Assembly (NCBI GenBank): GCA_965215015.1
Contig: OZ244042.1
Span: forward strand, 2,208,001-2,272,000
Origin: Candidatus Poribacteria bacterium
Lineage (GTDB): Bacteria > Poribacteria > WGA-4E > PCPOR2b
DNA length: 64,000 nt
Direction: 5' to 3'
Shown here: positions 1 to 9,921 of the stretch, in pieces
Layout: every line of letters starts with the position of its first letter
Position numbering within the stretch: the stretch's first letter is position 1
Notes under the pieces: generated by a model
Seen by the model: the letters and a program-made list of their open reading frames with translations, nothing else
Told to the model about the DNA's origin: nothing
Databases searched by the model: none
Position numbers and translations under genes: made by a program

Positions 1-2
1 TG

Positions 3-764
3 CCCGCCATTCCGGTCCCCGTCAAGACGGACACAGATCAACTCCACGAACTAACGATTAAAGGACTGACCTACCGCTACGAAGAGTCGGAGAATGGGAT
101 TCACGGAATCGATCTACAAATCCCCTCCAGTTCATTCATCGTTATCACTGGACGAATTGGATCTGGCAAATCAACCCTGCTGCGAACCATCCTCGGAGTA
201 CTGCCGAAGGAGTCCGGGGAGATTCGCTGGAATGGGGAGGAGGTGAACGATCCCAAATCGTTCTTCGTGCCACCCCGTTGTGCCTATACCCCACAAGTCC
301 CACGACTTTTTAGCGAGCCGCTCAAGGACAATATTCTCATGGGGTTGCCAGATGATCCGGAGGCACTTAGCCGAGCGATTCACTTAGGTGTGATGGAGCA
401 GGACCTCCCGACGCTCGAAAATGGGCTAGATACAGTAGTGGGGCCCCGGGGCGTCAAGCTATCGGGGGGACAGATACAACGTGCCGCTGCGACGCGGATG
501 TTTATCCGTCCTGCGGAGCTCTTTGTTTTTGACGATCTATCTTCTGCGCTGGACGTAGAAACAGAACGGTTACTGTGGGATCGCGTCTTTGAAACACAGC
601 GTTCTACCTGTCTTGTTGTTTCCCATCGTCGCCCAGCACTCCGTCGTGCCGATAAGATTATCGTCCTGAAGGACGGACGGATTGAAGGGGCGGGCACACT
701 GGACGACCTCTTGGTTTCCTGTGAAGAGATGCAACAGTTGTGGAAGGGGGATGTAGACATGTAG
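3..764 (+). CDS. ABC transporter ATP-binding domain (5'-partial, probably a fused exporter)
   Basis: Frame is open from the window start. Walker A GRIGSGKST lies upstream of the listed ORF; signature LSGGQ, Walker B FVFDD, H-loop VSHR. Confidence 0.9.
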   Translation, partial: PAIPVPVKTDTDQLHELTIKGLTYRYEESENGIHGIDLQIPSSSFIVITGRIGSGKSTLLRTILGVLPKESGEIRWNGEEVNDPKSFFVPPRCAYTPQVPRLFSEPLKDNILMGLPDDPEALSRAIHLGVMEQDLPTLENGLDTVVGPRGVKLSGGQIQRAAATRMFIRPAELFVFDDLSSALDVETERLLWDRVFETQRSTCLVVSHRRPALRRADKIIVLKDGRIEGAGTLDDLLVSCEEMQQLWKGDVDM

Positions 765-767
765 TTG

Positions 768-2219
768 TCAATAAGGATTCTCCGCTGTTGTTATGGGACA
801 CCAGCGAGAGGTCAATAGGTTGTCCCATAAAGTGTTTTGTGCTTGAGACGTTCCAATCTGTTGTAATACTGATGCTGCATAGTAACGAACATACCGGTCC
901 TCATCATTTAACCTGCCCGCCAATGCCGGGACAATTCCGTCTGCGGATTGACCAATCTTTGCCAGTGCCATCACCGCATTAAGTCGGACAAGCATCTCCG
1001 AGTCGCTTAAGACCTGCGTCAATGCCGGAACAATCTCTGCAGCAGGTGCCGCAATTATTCCCAACGCCTCCGCTGCATTGCGGCGAACCCACGAACTCTC
1101 ATCACGTAGTTTCTGAATCAATGTTGGCACGGCTTCTTTTGCAAGCGAGCCCAGATTGCCCAACGTGTCTGCTGCTGCTGCACGAGCGTGCCAAGACGCC
1201 TCGCCTAGCACCGAAATTAATGCCGGTACACTGGGTTGTCCCACTTCGGTCAGTGCTTGGGCGGAATAGAGATCTGCTGGATTGCCCCCTTGTGGATTCG
1301 CTGCAGTTTTTGCGATGTTTATCTCTGCCCAAGCCTCGGCCTCATCTCGTAATGTTTGAATAAGTGCCGGCACGACAGCTTCCCCTTTCCTACCCAGTGC
1401 ATACGCCGAAGTCAGGCGAACGCTTTCATCGGTATCTCGTAGCCCCGCTATCAGCTGGGACACAGAGCCATTTTCGACAGGCGCGACGTGTATTGAATCT
1501 GCAATATTACTTTGAGAGATCCAGTTCCAAACATGCCTTGATAACGCCGGATGATCATCGTTAGCCGCGGGTTGCCACGTATACCCGTTACTCTGTAAAG
1601 GTTGAGAAGGTTCTTTCATCCGTGTGAACTGAAACTTCAGCATGTAACGCTTTTTGTCACTACGATTCGCTGTCGCCCGATGCCATGAATCGAAATTGAC
1701 GATTGTCACCGTGCCCGCCTTTCCACAAAGTGTCTTCGCCTGCTCAGCGCTTTGCGTCGGATCCGTGTCGGAAACCGTGTTGTAATACTGCTTTCCAGGC
1801 AAAACACCTGTTGGTCCCATGTCTTCGGTGACATCTTGCGGATAGTAGAAAGCCATTACCCATCGGAAGCGGTGATGACGCACCTTTTGGTCAAACACAT
1901 AGTCGTCTTTATGCCAAGTTTGTTCGTCACTCCCCGGTGAGTTGAGATGACAGTAACGATGCGGATGCATAAGGTAATCCGGCCCCAACAGACTCGTCAG
2001 TGCGCCACAAACCTTTGGATGCTCAAAAACCCGCTGAATCTCAGGGATCCGGGGCAGCAGATTGTTTCCCGGATTGCCTTCCTTCGCAAGTACCTCTTCA
2101 ATTTGCTGATAGATGTGGTCGTGAAGGTTAATCGGAAAATCAGCTTGAATTTGAATATACCCGTTGACAATAAAATCTCGCATTTCTCCCTCATTAAGGA
2201 GATAAGCTTTGTCCACCAT
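768..2219 (-). CDS. Phytanoyl-CoA dioxygenase (PhyH)-like Fe/2OG domain fused to C-terminal HEAT/PBS-lyase repeats
   Basis: WHKD (HxD) and WHRA facial triad in the N-half; repeated 'L..L.D....VR..AA.ALG' units in the C-half. Confidence 0.85.
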   Translation of the reverse strand: MVDKAYLLNEGEMRDFIVNGYIQIQADFPINLHDHIYQQIEEVLAKEGNPGNNLLPRIPEIQRVFEHPKVCGALTSLLGPDYLMHPHRYCHLNSPGSDEQTWHKDDYVFDQKVRHHRFRWVMAFYYPQDVTEDMGPTGVLPGKQYYNTVSDTDPTQSAEQAKTLCGKAGTVTIVNFDSWHRATANRSDKKRYMLKFQFTRMKEPSQPLQSNGYTWQPAANDDHPALSRHVWNWISQSNIADSIHVAPVENGSVSQLIAGLRDTDESVRLTSAYALGRKGEAVVPALIQTLRDEAEAWAEINIAKTAANPQGGNPADLYSAQALTEVGQPSVPALISVLGEASWHARAAAADTLGNLGSLAKEAVPTLIQKLRDESSWVRRNAAEALGIIAAPAAEIVPALTQVLSDSEMLVRLNAVMALAKIGQSADGIVPALAGRLNDEDRYVRYYAASVLQQIGTSQAQNTLWDNLLTSRWCPITTAENPY

Positions 2220-2248
2220 TTCCTTTTTTCCTTTCGATGTGGCTCCTC

Positions 2249-2923
2249 CTACTTCCTGTGTGAAGGCAAAAGTCTCATGAGTTCGGACTCGCTCAAGTAC
2301 GGCTGAATTTTTTCCGAAAATTCAGCGACTGTTTCGTCAACCGTTGCAGTGGAGGTGTCTAGCATTATCTTAGATTTAATTGACGAATTTTGGTACGCCT
2401 CCTCGAATTTTTGCAGCACATCTGCAATGTCCCGTTCAGGCACAACGGGGTATTTATGGGGATTTTCTTTCATCCGCTTGGCAATAACTTCGGGCGACGC
2501 CTTCACTAGGATAAGCACGGTTTCAGGTGCGAATTTGAGGATACGCTGCTCAAGGTTTTTTGCAATCGTTTGCCGATCACCCATCTCGCCCGGCCCTCCG
2601 TAACCGTAGTATAGGGGCCCGTATATTGCGTCTTCGATGTGGATGCCTATTCCGAGAAAGTCCTCTCCCCCCGCAGATTCAGCAGGCGTGTGGTAGTAAA
2701 GATTGTGCCGCTGTATAACCTCTGTCATTCGCGGACTAAGTGCATCGAACTGAGCAATTTCTTCCTCAGTGAGTTCTGGTCCATGGGGTTTGGTATCCGG
2801 CAGCTTGAAGTGGTCGTGGATAAGAGTAAATTCCTTGCCCAGCCTTTCTTTAGTCCATTCGTTGATTGCATTGGCTAATGTCGTTGTACCACTGTATTCA
2901 CAGCCGATCAGAATAAGTCTCAT
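2249..2923 (-). CDS. Nucleotide/deoxynucleoside kinase-like P-loop protein with atypical Walker A
   Basis: MRLILIGCEYSGTTTLA start with GGAG RBS; C-terminal LILVKASPEVIAKRM and LDTSTATVDET are typical of the NMP-kinase fold. Confidence 0.6.
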   Translation of the reverse strand: MRLILIGCEYSGTTTLANAINEWTKERLGKEFTLIHDHFKLPDTKPHGPELTEEEIAQFDALSPRMTEVIQRHNLYYHTPAESAGGEDFLGIGIHIEDAIYGPLYYGYGGPGEMGDRQTIAKNLEQRILKFAPETVLILVKASPEVIAKRMKENPHKYPVVPERDIADVLQKFEEAYQNSSIKSKIMLDTSTATVDETVAEFSEKIQPYLSESELMRLLPSHRK

Positions 2924-3085
2924 TTTTTCCTCCGTTACTTTTGGGTAGGTAGGGGTTGTGCTTGAGAAATGTGGGGACTCTACTTCATCTTGTCCTTCCA
3001 ATCATTAACATAACCCAAGCTGCTATGTATCGAAAATCTACTGTTTTTTTTCTCCGAATGGAGTTTCCTCGCCCGTCAATTACTT

Positions 3086-3218
3086 TCGCTCCAACGGAGC
3101 GATATGTCTATAGAATACTGACACCTCTAATGTCTGAGCCCCAGAGAAGCGCAATGTGTATAGCAGGGCATGTCTAACCCAAATATACCAAAGCACCAGT
3201 GGGGCGACATGTGTGTCG
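3086..3218. repeat. Three degenerate ~27-bp REP-like units at 50-55 bp spacing
   Basis: tcgctccaacggagcgatatgtctatag (3086), agccccagagaagcgcaatgtgtatag (3137), agcaccagtggggcgacatgtgtgtcg (3192); an inverted related copy acatgtcgccccac lies near 47389. Confidence 0.6.
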
Positions 3219-3349
3219 CATTGAATTAATGCGAGATGGATCGAGTCAATCATTGCTTGTTGCCCCCTAACCCTAAGATTTCTAGTAGATGTCGAGTATG
3301 GAAACTCAACCTACGGGCTATATAGCAGCTTGCGTTAGAATGACATAGG

Positions 3350-4345
3350 TCAAGACAAATTTTGTGCCTGCTGCTTTCTGTAGGCTGCACTGGCAGCGTT
3401 CAGAATCTCAATATCTGCGTCGGGCAGTACCACCTCTGTACCAGCGAAATTGTCCTTGACATGTTCAGGACGTTCAGCACCAGCCAGCACGCTCGTCACC
3501 TCTGGATGGGTCAGCACCCAAGCGACGCAAACCGTGGCACGGCTCACACCCAAATTGTGAGCGACCAGATCCAGCAGGCCTATCAAAGTTCCTAACGGCG
3601 TATCCAAGTCGATATTACGCCTCGGCACAAGGTGACCCGTGTCCAAAGGGCTAAAGGCGAGGAGCCCCAGCCCTGATTGCCGCAACACGGGAAACATCTC
3701 CTCCTCTAGTTGGCATACACGGGAATGGCCTGTATCAGTCAATGATTCTCCAGCGATGTTATAGTAATCTTCAGTGCCCGCAATGGGGGCTTTGCCCGTT
3801 CTTTGACCCAGTTCAACGTACTCGCTCACCTGTTCCGTACTATGGTTGGAGACACCCCAGTATCGAATCATTCCCGACTGCACCAGCGCATCCATTGAAT
3901 CGACAATCTCTGCTGCTGGGGTAACCTTGTCCGGCTGATGGAGCAGATAGAGATCGATATAGTCGGTCTGTAGGCGTCTGAGGCTGCCTTCTGCCTGTTG
4001 GAAGAGAAAACCTCTGGTAAAACGCGCAGGTTTCCCCGGACTATCCTCTTTTTTTGGCGTGTATGATGCAGCAACTTTGGTGCAAATAACCACCTGATCG
4101 CGCCGCCCTGCGATAGCTTTTCCCAAGGTTTCTTCTGCCCCGCCCCAGCCGTAGGCGTTCGATGAATCAAAGAAGTTTACGCCCACCTCAAGACAATGTT
4201 GCAGCACACGCAGGCCCATTGGGTTATCCGCTGCTCGTGGCATATTCCGAAATGCTGTCCCCTGACAGAGACGGGAGACGTACAAATCTGTCTGTCCAAA
4301 ACGCACCAGATGCGCGGGGTACTGTTCATTTGACTTTTTTGCCAT
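3350..4345 (-). CDS. Aldo/keto reductase
   Basis: GVNFFDSSNAYG, ICTK, SLRRLQTDYIDLYLLHQPD, GVSN and LAFSPL motifs. Confidence 0.92.
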   Translation of the reverse strand: MAKKSNEQYPAHLVRFGQTDLYVSRLCQGTAFRNMPRAADNPMGLRVLQHCLEVGVNFFDSSNAYGWGGAEETLGKAIAGRRDQVVICTKVAASYTPKKEDSPGKPARFTRGFLFQQAEGSLRRLQTDYIDLYLLHQPDKVTPAAEIVDSMDALVQSGMIRYWGVSNHSTEQVSEYVELGQRTGKAPIAGTEDYYNIAGESLTDTGHSRVCQLEEEMFPVLRQSGLGLLAFSPLDTGHLVPRRNIDLDTPLGTLIGLLDLVAHNLGVSRATVCVAWVLTHPEVTSVLAGAERPEHVKDNFAGTEVVLPDADIEILNAASAAYRKQQAQNLS

Positions 4346-4676
4346 TTATCCATCCCTTTCGTGCAAATTCCGTTACAAGTTTCATCCTTTTTCAGATCCA
4401 TCACCATGCCATTAGAACGTTCAAAACGATGCCGCTTATAAACTTTCAGTCTCCTTTTCGTTGGGACAGGGGTTGAAGCGCAGGCAAGCAGGTTAGATGT
4501 TGAGTTCTACTCATGTTTGATTAAAAAGGGAACGCCCTTTGGAGTGAGCAGGTGTAAATCGAAGATTTACCAATTCTACTAAAAAAACAAAGGGAAAAAC
4601 AACGGTTACACGCCTTAGCCCTTGCTCGCTTTCTCACCCTTGCAATTGCACACTTGCTGCTTTTAGCTCACCCTTA

Positions 4677-5978
4677 TTACGCTGCCAGTTGCCGGAGCAT
4701 ACGGATGCATTCATCGACCATCCGCTCGCCGGTGCCTTCCTCCGCGTAGCTGTGTAGCCCCATCCAAGTTTGATAGCCGCCGAGTGTGTGCGCTTCCCGA
4801 TCGGGCAGGTAGCCCATCCAGTCATTGGCGAGCGAGGCGATGTAGGTATACTGAAAAGGTGAGTGTTCCTTGAGGTCAACACCTAAGCCTGTAAACAATT
4901 CACCCGGCACACCGACGATGGCAACTTCACCAATAACCATCGCTTGGAGTATAGTTTGACGGGCCTGTCCTTGTTGGGACGCAAGGATCTGACGCATGTT
5001 TCGGAAGACGTTGATGGTACTATCTGCGCCATCCGGCACCCGCTTACGACAGTACGAGGATACCTTTTCGTCCTCCACAGCTTCGTCAAACGTCCGAACC
5101 TTGAACGTAAAGGGGCACTGAATGGACGCCAATTTTTCAACGGGCATCAGCTTTGCCTGCCCCATAGCGTCAGTGATCGCCTCTTTGAGCCGCTTAACCG
5201 CTTCGGGAGGTGGCACCTCGGTGACATTGTGTGTCGAGCCAAACGCGCCCGGCAGAAAGCACACGCTGCCACCCAACTTGGCTTCTAATTCCTGTGCTGT
5301 TAAGCCGTAGAAACTGGGAGAGCGGACATCCCCGTTGCAAGTGCCGATCGTATGGGTGGAGTGGTTATATATCAGGGCCTGAAGATGATTATCCGCATCG
5401 CGGAAAGCGAAAACCGGCAGTTGTGGGTCAAAAGGTCCGGTTGGTCGCATCGCGTCCGTTCGCGGTCCCACCCACCAGATTGTGCCATCAGCAAGCAACA
5501 GACGGCTGTTCCCACCAATGGTATTTTCTTCACCTTGATGAAAATAAAAATAGGATTCGTCGTCGCTTAAGTGTGCATCTGCCTGTTGGACACCCCGGAT
5601 AATCCCTTCGCGTAAATATTGGCAAAACACTTCGTCGCGACCGTAGCCGTGCACAACGATGGTACTCGGTGCGTGATGTGTGTGCGTGGCACTGATCAGG
5701 ATGTTGGCAGGGGGAATGCCGGTCGTCCTTTCGATCTCGGAGACCGCGGCATCAACATCATCGCGAGTCAAAGCGATAACATCACAAACGACAATGGCGA
5801 GTTTAAGGCTCGATGGTTTTTCAATCACAATGGCAACTGCTCTCAGTTCCCCTTCTTGACCCGTGACATGCCTCGGCAGGATGCTGCCGGCGACGACCAT
5901 TGAATCATCGACGGAAAGATGAATTTTACCTGTGCCGACGCGCAAACCAGCACTATGCACGACAGGGGCTGATTTCAT
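4677..5978 (-). CDS. Neutral/alkaline ceramidase-like amidohydrolase (substrate unknown)
   Basis: NILISATHTHHAP, YNHSTH, GVPGELF and LANDWMGYLP motifs; GGAGG RBS before MKSAP. Confidence 0.7.
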   Translation of the reverse strand: MKSAPVVHSAGLRVGTGKIHLSVDDSMVVAGSILPRHVTGQEGELRAVAIVIEKPSSLKLAIVVCDVIALTRDDVDAAVSEIERTTGIPPANILISATHTHHAPSTIVVHGYGRDEVFCQYLREGIIRGVQQADAHLSDDESYFYFHQGEENTIGGNSRLLLADGTIWWVGPRTDAMRPTGPFDPQLPVFAFRDADNHLQALIYNHSTHTIGTCNGDVRSPSFYGLTAQELEAKLGGSVCFLPGAFGSTHNVTEVPPPEAVKRLKEAITDAMGQAKLMPVEKLASIQCPFTFKVRTFDEAVEDEKVSSYCRKRVPDGADSTINVFRNMRQILASQQGQARQTILQAMVIGEVAIVGVPGELFTGLGVDLKEHSPFQYTYIASLANDWMGYLPDREAHTLGGYQTWMGLHSYAEEGTGERMVDECIRMLRQLAA

Positions 5979-6037
5979 CAAGTTACCTCCAAGAGAGAAA
6001 TATGTAATCAAGTAGAGCTCATGTTAAGAAATCGTGC

Positions 6038-6078
6038 AATAGAGCCCGAGTTTTCAAGAAAAAAACTCGGGCTCTATT
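6038..6078. repeat. Perfect 17-bp inverted repeat (REP-like or terminator-like hairpin)
   Basis: aatagagcccgagtttt-N7-aaaactcgggctctatt. Confidence 0.7.
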
Positions 6079-6195
6079 TGCGTTTTGCACTTTCTTTTTA
6101 TATAATTCAAAAAGAAAGCCCGGAAAAACACCTTTTCTGAACTGGACTATTCCTCAACTTTGTTCACCTCGGTAAAACTTTAGTGGGATAACTCC

Positions 6196-7812
6196 CTAAT
6201 AGTCAATCGGTTCTCGCCCGAAGTGACGGTGGAGACGGTATCGGATGGCACAATCGACATCGTAAACCTCAAAAGGATTCTCAATATTCGGATCGCGCTT
6301 CATCAGCGTGATTCGCACCGCGTTATGCCCCGGCTTCGGATAATATTCAGGGGACAGTTGGTATTTATACACCTGTCCGTAGGGACCTACAGCCCCAGTG
6401 CTTATCAGGCGATAGTTCAGATCTTCTATATCTAGAATAGAATCCGGTAACCGTTGACCGTTAAGTTCAATTCGGATCGCGTTCAACAAAGGTTCAATCC
6501 CGGTCATGCGTATTCGTAGCTGAACCGATTCGACCCTTCCTAGCGCGCCCCATTTTTCGAGTTCGTCGCTTATCCGCAGGCGTACCTCGACCGGTTTTCC
6601 CTCAACCAACGTCTGTGGGAGGGAAGGTGCCACACCGGGTGCCCAACCTACACCTTTGGTCACGCCCCGTGTCTCGGAGCGGACGCGGTAAAGCTTATTA
6701 GCTGTGGCTAACATTTCAGGGTGCCCCAGTAGGCGCAAGGTCTGGTACTCGTCGTGCGTCCAGGGCCAACCGTTGGGTGTCCAATGGGCGTCCCCTATCC
6801 CGAAACCGTCCGCGCCTTGGGCATAGGCGTTCGCAGCGGCAGCCCAAATCATCGGCGGGGTGGCGTACTGTTTCAGCTGCCTGCCGAGCACGTTTTGGAA
6901 GGACGCAAGTACCCTGCATTGGGTGCCATTAGTCAACGCTACCGCCCCTGAGAGATCGGGATCCTGATCCACAGGTCCCTGCGTGAGCCCAGGTTGACAG
7001 ATTAAGCCATCCACCAATCTCTCCGAAACCCAACGCGGAACATCGTATCCAAGGGCACGCCAAGCGTCTGGATGTGCTGGGATACGGACATAAATGCGTT
7101 TACGACGCCCCTGATTCCCTTCAGCTTTCCGAGCAACTTCGCGCAGGTCGTGTATCCATTGGGTCATAATCGGCGCGAGCTCCTCCACCTCGTCAAATCT
7201 ACAGAACGGAACAAAATCGGTCATGTTTAGTTCGATCCCATCGGTTTCGTAGCGCGCGAGTAGTTCCTCAGACACCTGAAAGCGTTCCTCTCGAACCTCC
7301 GGGTGCAAGAAACTGAACCGAGTTGTTGATGCGTCCGATGCCCGTGGATCTGCCTCTTCCCCCACCTGAAACTCTGGATGTGCGTACACAAAGTCAGACT
7401 TGCGACCCAATCCGCCCTCGGTCGCTCGATCCCCCCCAGAGAGGGTGACCGGGTTGCTGGGAATGAACCAAATCCCTTTTTCGTGGCAGCGATCACAGAG
7501 CAGCGTCAGCAGGTCATAGCCATCGGCGACCAGTTGATGGATGTTTCGACCGGCACGATACCAGACCGTATGCGTCCATTTGACGACATTATCCCCCCAC
7601 TTCTGCGCCACGCGGCTATCATACATGGTCACGCCTCCCTCAAGCACCGCGAAGTATATGAGGGTATCTACACCGCTGTCCGCCAGTTGGTCCACGTTGA
7701 AGGTGAAGTCCGAAGGTTCAAGGGGTGGTTCAAATTGATACAGACTGGCGGCGTGCCGCCCGTCATCGAACATGCAAACACGGGGTTCGTCCAAGGAATG
7801 TCTACGCTTCAT
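6196..7812 (-). CDS. Uncharacterised glycoside-hydrolase-like TIM-barrel protein (GHL10-like) with C-terminal beta domain
   Basis: 'FLHPEVREERF..EELLARYETDGIELN' and 'GYDVPRWVSERLVDGLI' resemble GHL10/DUF187-like barrels. Confidence 0.55.
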   Translation of the reverse strand: MKRRHSLDEPRVCMFDDGRHAASLYQFEPPLEPSDFTFNVDQLADSGVDTLIYFAVLEGGVTMYDSRVAQKWGDNVVKWTHTVWYRAGRNIHQLVADGYDLLTLLCDRCHEKGIWFIPSNPVTLSGGDRATEGGLGRKSDFVYAHPEFQVGEEADPRASDASTTRFSFLHPEVREERFQVSEELLARYETDGIELNMTDFVPFCRFDEVEELAPIMTQWIHDLREVARKAEGNQGRRKRIYVRIPAHPDAWRALGYDVPRWVSERLVDGLICQPGLTQGPVDQDPDLSGAVALTNGTQCRVLASFQNVLGRQLKQYATPPMIWAAAANAYAQGADGFGIGDAHWTPNGWPWTHDEYQTLRLLGHPEMLATANKLYRVRSETRGVTKGVGWAPGVAPSLPQTLVEGKPVEVRLRISDELEKWGALGRVESVQLRIRMTGIEPLLNAIRIELNGQRLPDSILDIEDLNYRLISTGAVGPYGQVYKYQLSPEYYPKPGHNAVRITLMKRDPNIENPFEVYDVDCAIRYRLHRHFGREPIDY

Positions 7813-7846
7813 AGCGGTTTACCTTTCCGATAGGAAAATTCAAGAT

Positions 7847-8623
7847 TCACGCAGATACTGGATCAAAGGCTGCTAGAAAAGCCCGCGTCGTATTATTAAG
7901 GTTGCCATAAAACGCTCGTACCTCCGGATTCGGATCGTGACGCCAGAATCGCGGCGGTATCACAGAGCAGTCACTCAGGAAAGGACGAGAACGATGACCA
8001 TAATACGCTTGAACCGTTTTCCGCTCTCGTTGTGTGACGCGAACCGTTGCCGTATGCGGAACGGCGATATTGAAAAGCACGACGGTCCCTGCCGGTCCGT
8101 GAATGTCTACACTTCCATTGCGCTCGACGTTTGCTGCTACGTCCCAGATTGGCTCATCAACGGACTCGGGTGAAATGGAGAAGCAGTGCGTTCCCTCATC
8201 GACGTCGGTGAGGTAGACCATCAGTTGTATGTAGTCCATGCGAAGCGGATGCTCCTCCCAATGCGGACGGTCCCGATGGAAGCCTTGGCGGGGTTCGCCA
8301 TCATAAGGTGCCATGTGGCGTAGGCAAATCTCGGAGAAGCAGACGGGTCCCCCCATGAAAAACTCAATCGCCGGCAGAATATTGGGATGGCGGAGGAGTC
8401 GGTCAAATTCCGGCGAGGTAACTAACGCATTGCAGTTTCGCATCTGGTTAGCGAAGGGGTGCCAGCAGTTTGGGCTGCCAAACTTCTCGCGGTCACAATC
8501 GTAAATTTCACGGAAGTACGACACTTCATCAGGTGTGAGAGCGTCCTTGAGAATGACATAACCGTGCTCACGGAAATGTGGGAGAAGTGTTTGGAGGACA
8601 TCTGTTGTTTGGGAGTCCGTCAT
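7847..8623 (-). CDS. PhyH-family Fe/2OG dioxygenase
   Basis: HGYVILKDALT, FHRD, MVYLTDV, GTVVLFN..PHTA. Confidence 0.88.
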   Translation of the reverse strand: MTDSQTTDVLQTLLPHFREHGYVILKDALTPDEVSYFREIYDCDREKFGSPNCWHPFANQMRNCNALVTSPEFDRLLRHPNILPAIEFFMGGPVCFSEICLRHMAPYDGEPRQGFHRDRPHWEEHPLRMDYIQLMVYLTDVDEGTHCFSISPESVDEPIWDVAANVERNGSVDIHGPAGTVVLFNIAVPHTATVRVTQRERKTVQAYYGHRSRPFLSDCSVIPPRFWRHDPNPEVRAFYGNLNNTTRAFLAAFDPVSA

Positions 8624-8675
8624 TCGTTCTTCCTTTCTGAAATGGTGTGTGGAGAACCGCCTTTTGCGAATCGAA

Positions 8676-9764
8676 TCACTCGTACATCATCACTTGCGCC
8701 GGATTGATAGCCCCGTATTTACCCTTGTTTGCGGTAATCTCAAAGGCTTTGGGGACAGACTCGATGCCGGGTAAAACGTGCTTGATGGTCGGTTTCAGTC
8801 GAATCCGTCCGGAGGCGACCAACCGAACCGTGTGTTCTAAGTGTGCCAGTGTGCTGATGTCTGGGAACAAACATCTGAGACTGCGCTCCCGGAGCGAATC
8901 GACATCAAGCTCCATCGGATGACCGAACCACGAAACGATAGCCAACTTCCCTCCCGACCGGACAGCTGCAATGGCTTGTGTAAGCGTTTTCGTTCCCGAT
9001 AACCCCTGCTTTGGGCTGCCGCCCGCGCATTCAAAAACGACATCGGCACCGTTGCCATCGGTCAACTCCTGAATGACCTCAACCGGATCGTCACGACTCG
9101 CGTCGATGCTGTGATCAGCACCCAACTTCCTAGAGACTTGGCACGCTTCCTCTCGGACATCTACGGTGATCAAGCGTCCCGCGCCACTCGCACGAGCGAC
9201 CTGCATACACTCAAGCCCCATGCTGCCCTGGCCAAAGATAGCGACGGTGTCCCCAATACCTATCTCCGCTGTATCCACCGCTGCAAGGCTGTCGGAGAGC
9301 GATTGCAAGCACGCTGCCTCGCTGTTGGAAATGCGGTCGTCCACTTTCGTCAAAGCGATTTCGGGCAGAACAGCAAACTCGGAGAAGCAACCGGGCAACT
9401 GAAAGCCGATAATCGGCCCCCGGCGGCAGTCATTTCCACGCTCTGATCGGCAGAGGGAGCATTCACCGCAGGGTAGCTTGGCGCGCGCTGCCACACGGTC
9501 TCCCGAACGGAACTGTGAATCCTCATCCACTTCGACGATTCGGGCGCAGAACTCGTGTCCGAATAACCGTATCGGTGCCTCCGTCTCCAATCGGTGTTTG
9601 ATCTGCTCGTAAGCAAGGGTCGGAATACCGGAAGCCAGTTGTGCTTCGGTGACGGAGGGTTGCACACAGAGAATCTCTGCGATCACATGTCCCTCACGAC
9701 GAACCGGGTCAGGTACCTCGTCCAACCGCATATCGTTAAATCCATAAAAACGCCACGCTTTCAT
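8676..9764 (-). CDS. Zn-dependent medium-chain (sugar/polyol-type) dehydrogenase
   Basis: GHEF, structural Zn CGECSLC..C, GQGSMG Rossmann motif; probable start MKAWRFYG. Confidence 0.9.
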   Translation of the reverse strand: MKAWRFYGFNDMRLDEVPDPVRREGHVIAEILCVQPSVTEAQLASGIPTLAYEQIKHRLETEAPIRLFGHEFCARIVEVDEDSQFRSGDRVAARAKLPCGECSLCRSERGNDCRRGPIIGFQLPGCFSEFAVLPEIALTKVDDRISNSEAACLQSLSDSLAAVDTAEIGIGDTVAIFGQGSMGLECMQVARASGAGRLITVDVREEACQVSRKLGADHSIDASRDDPVEVIQELTDGNGADVVFECAGGSPKQGLSGTKTLTQAIAAVRSGGKLAIVSWFGHPMELDVDSLRERSLRCLFPDISTLAHLEHTVRLVASGRIRLKPTIKHVLPGIESVPKAFEITANKGKYGAINPAQVMMYE

Positions 9765-9921
9765 CTGAGATTTCTCCCATTCCATTAGTTTGCAGCTGTC
9801 TATACGCTCCCCGATCAAAGACCGGAAACGTATTTGATTCATTAGTTCATTAATGAACCAATTCACCAATGAACACTTGAATGATGTGGAAATGACCTCC
9901 TAACCCAACCGCACTATAAGG

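Noticed and set aside
3086-3218. CRISPR array
   Set aside because: Only three highly divergent units, REP-like sequence, no cas genes.
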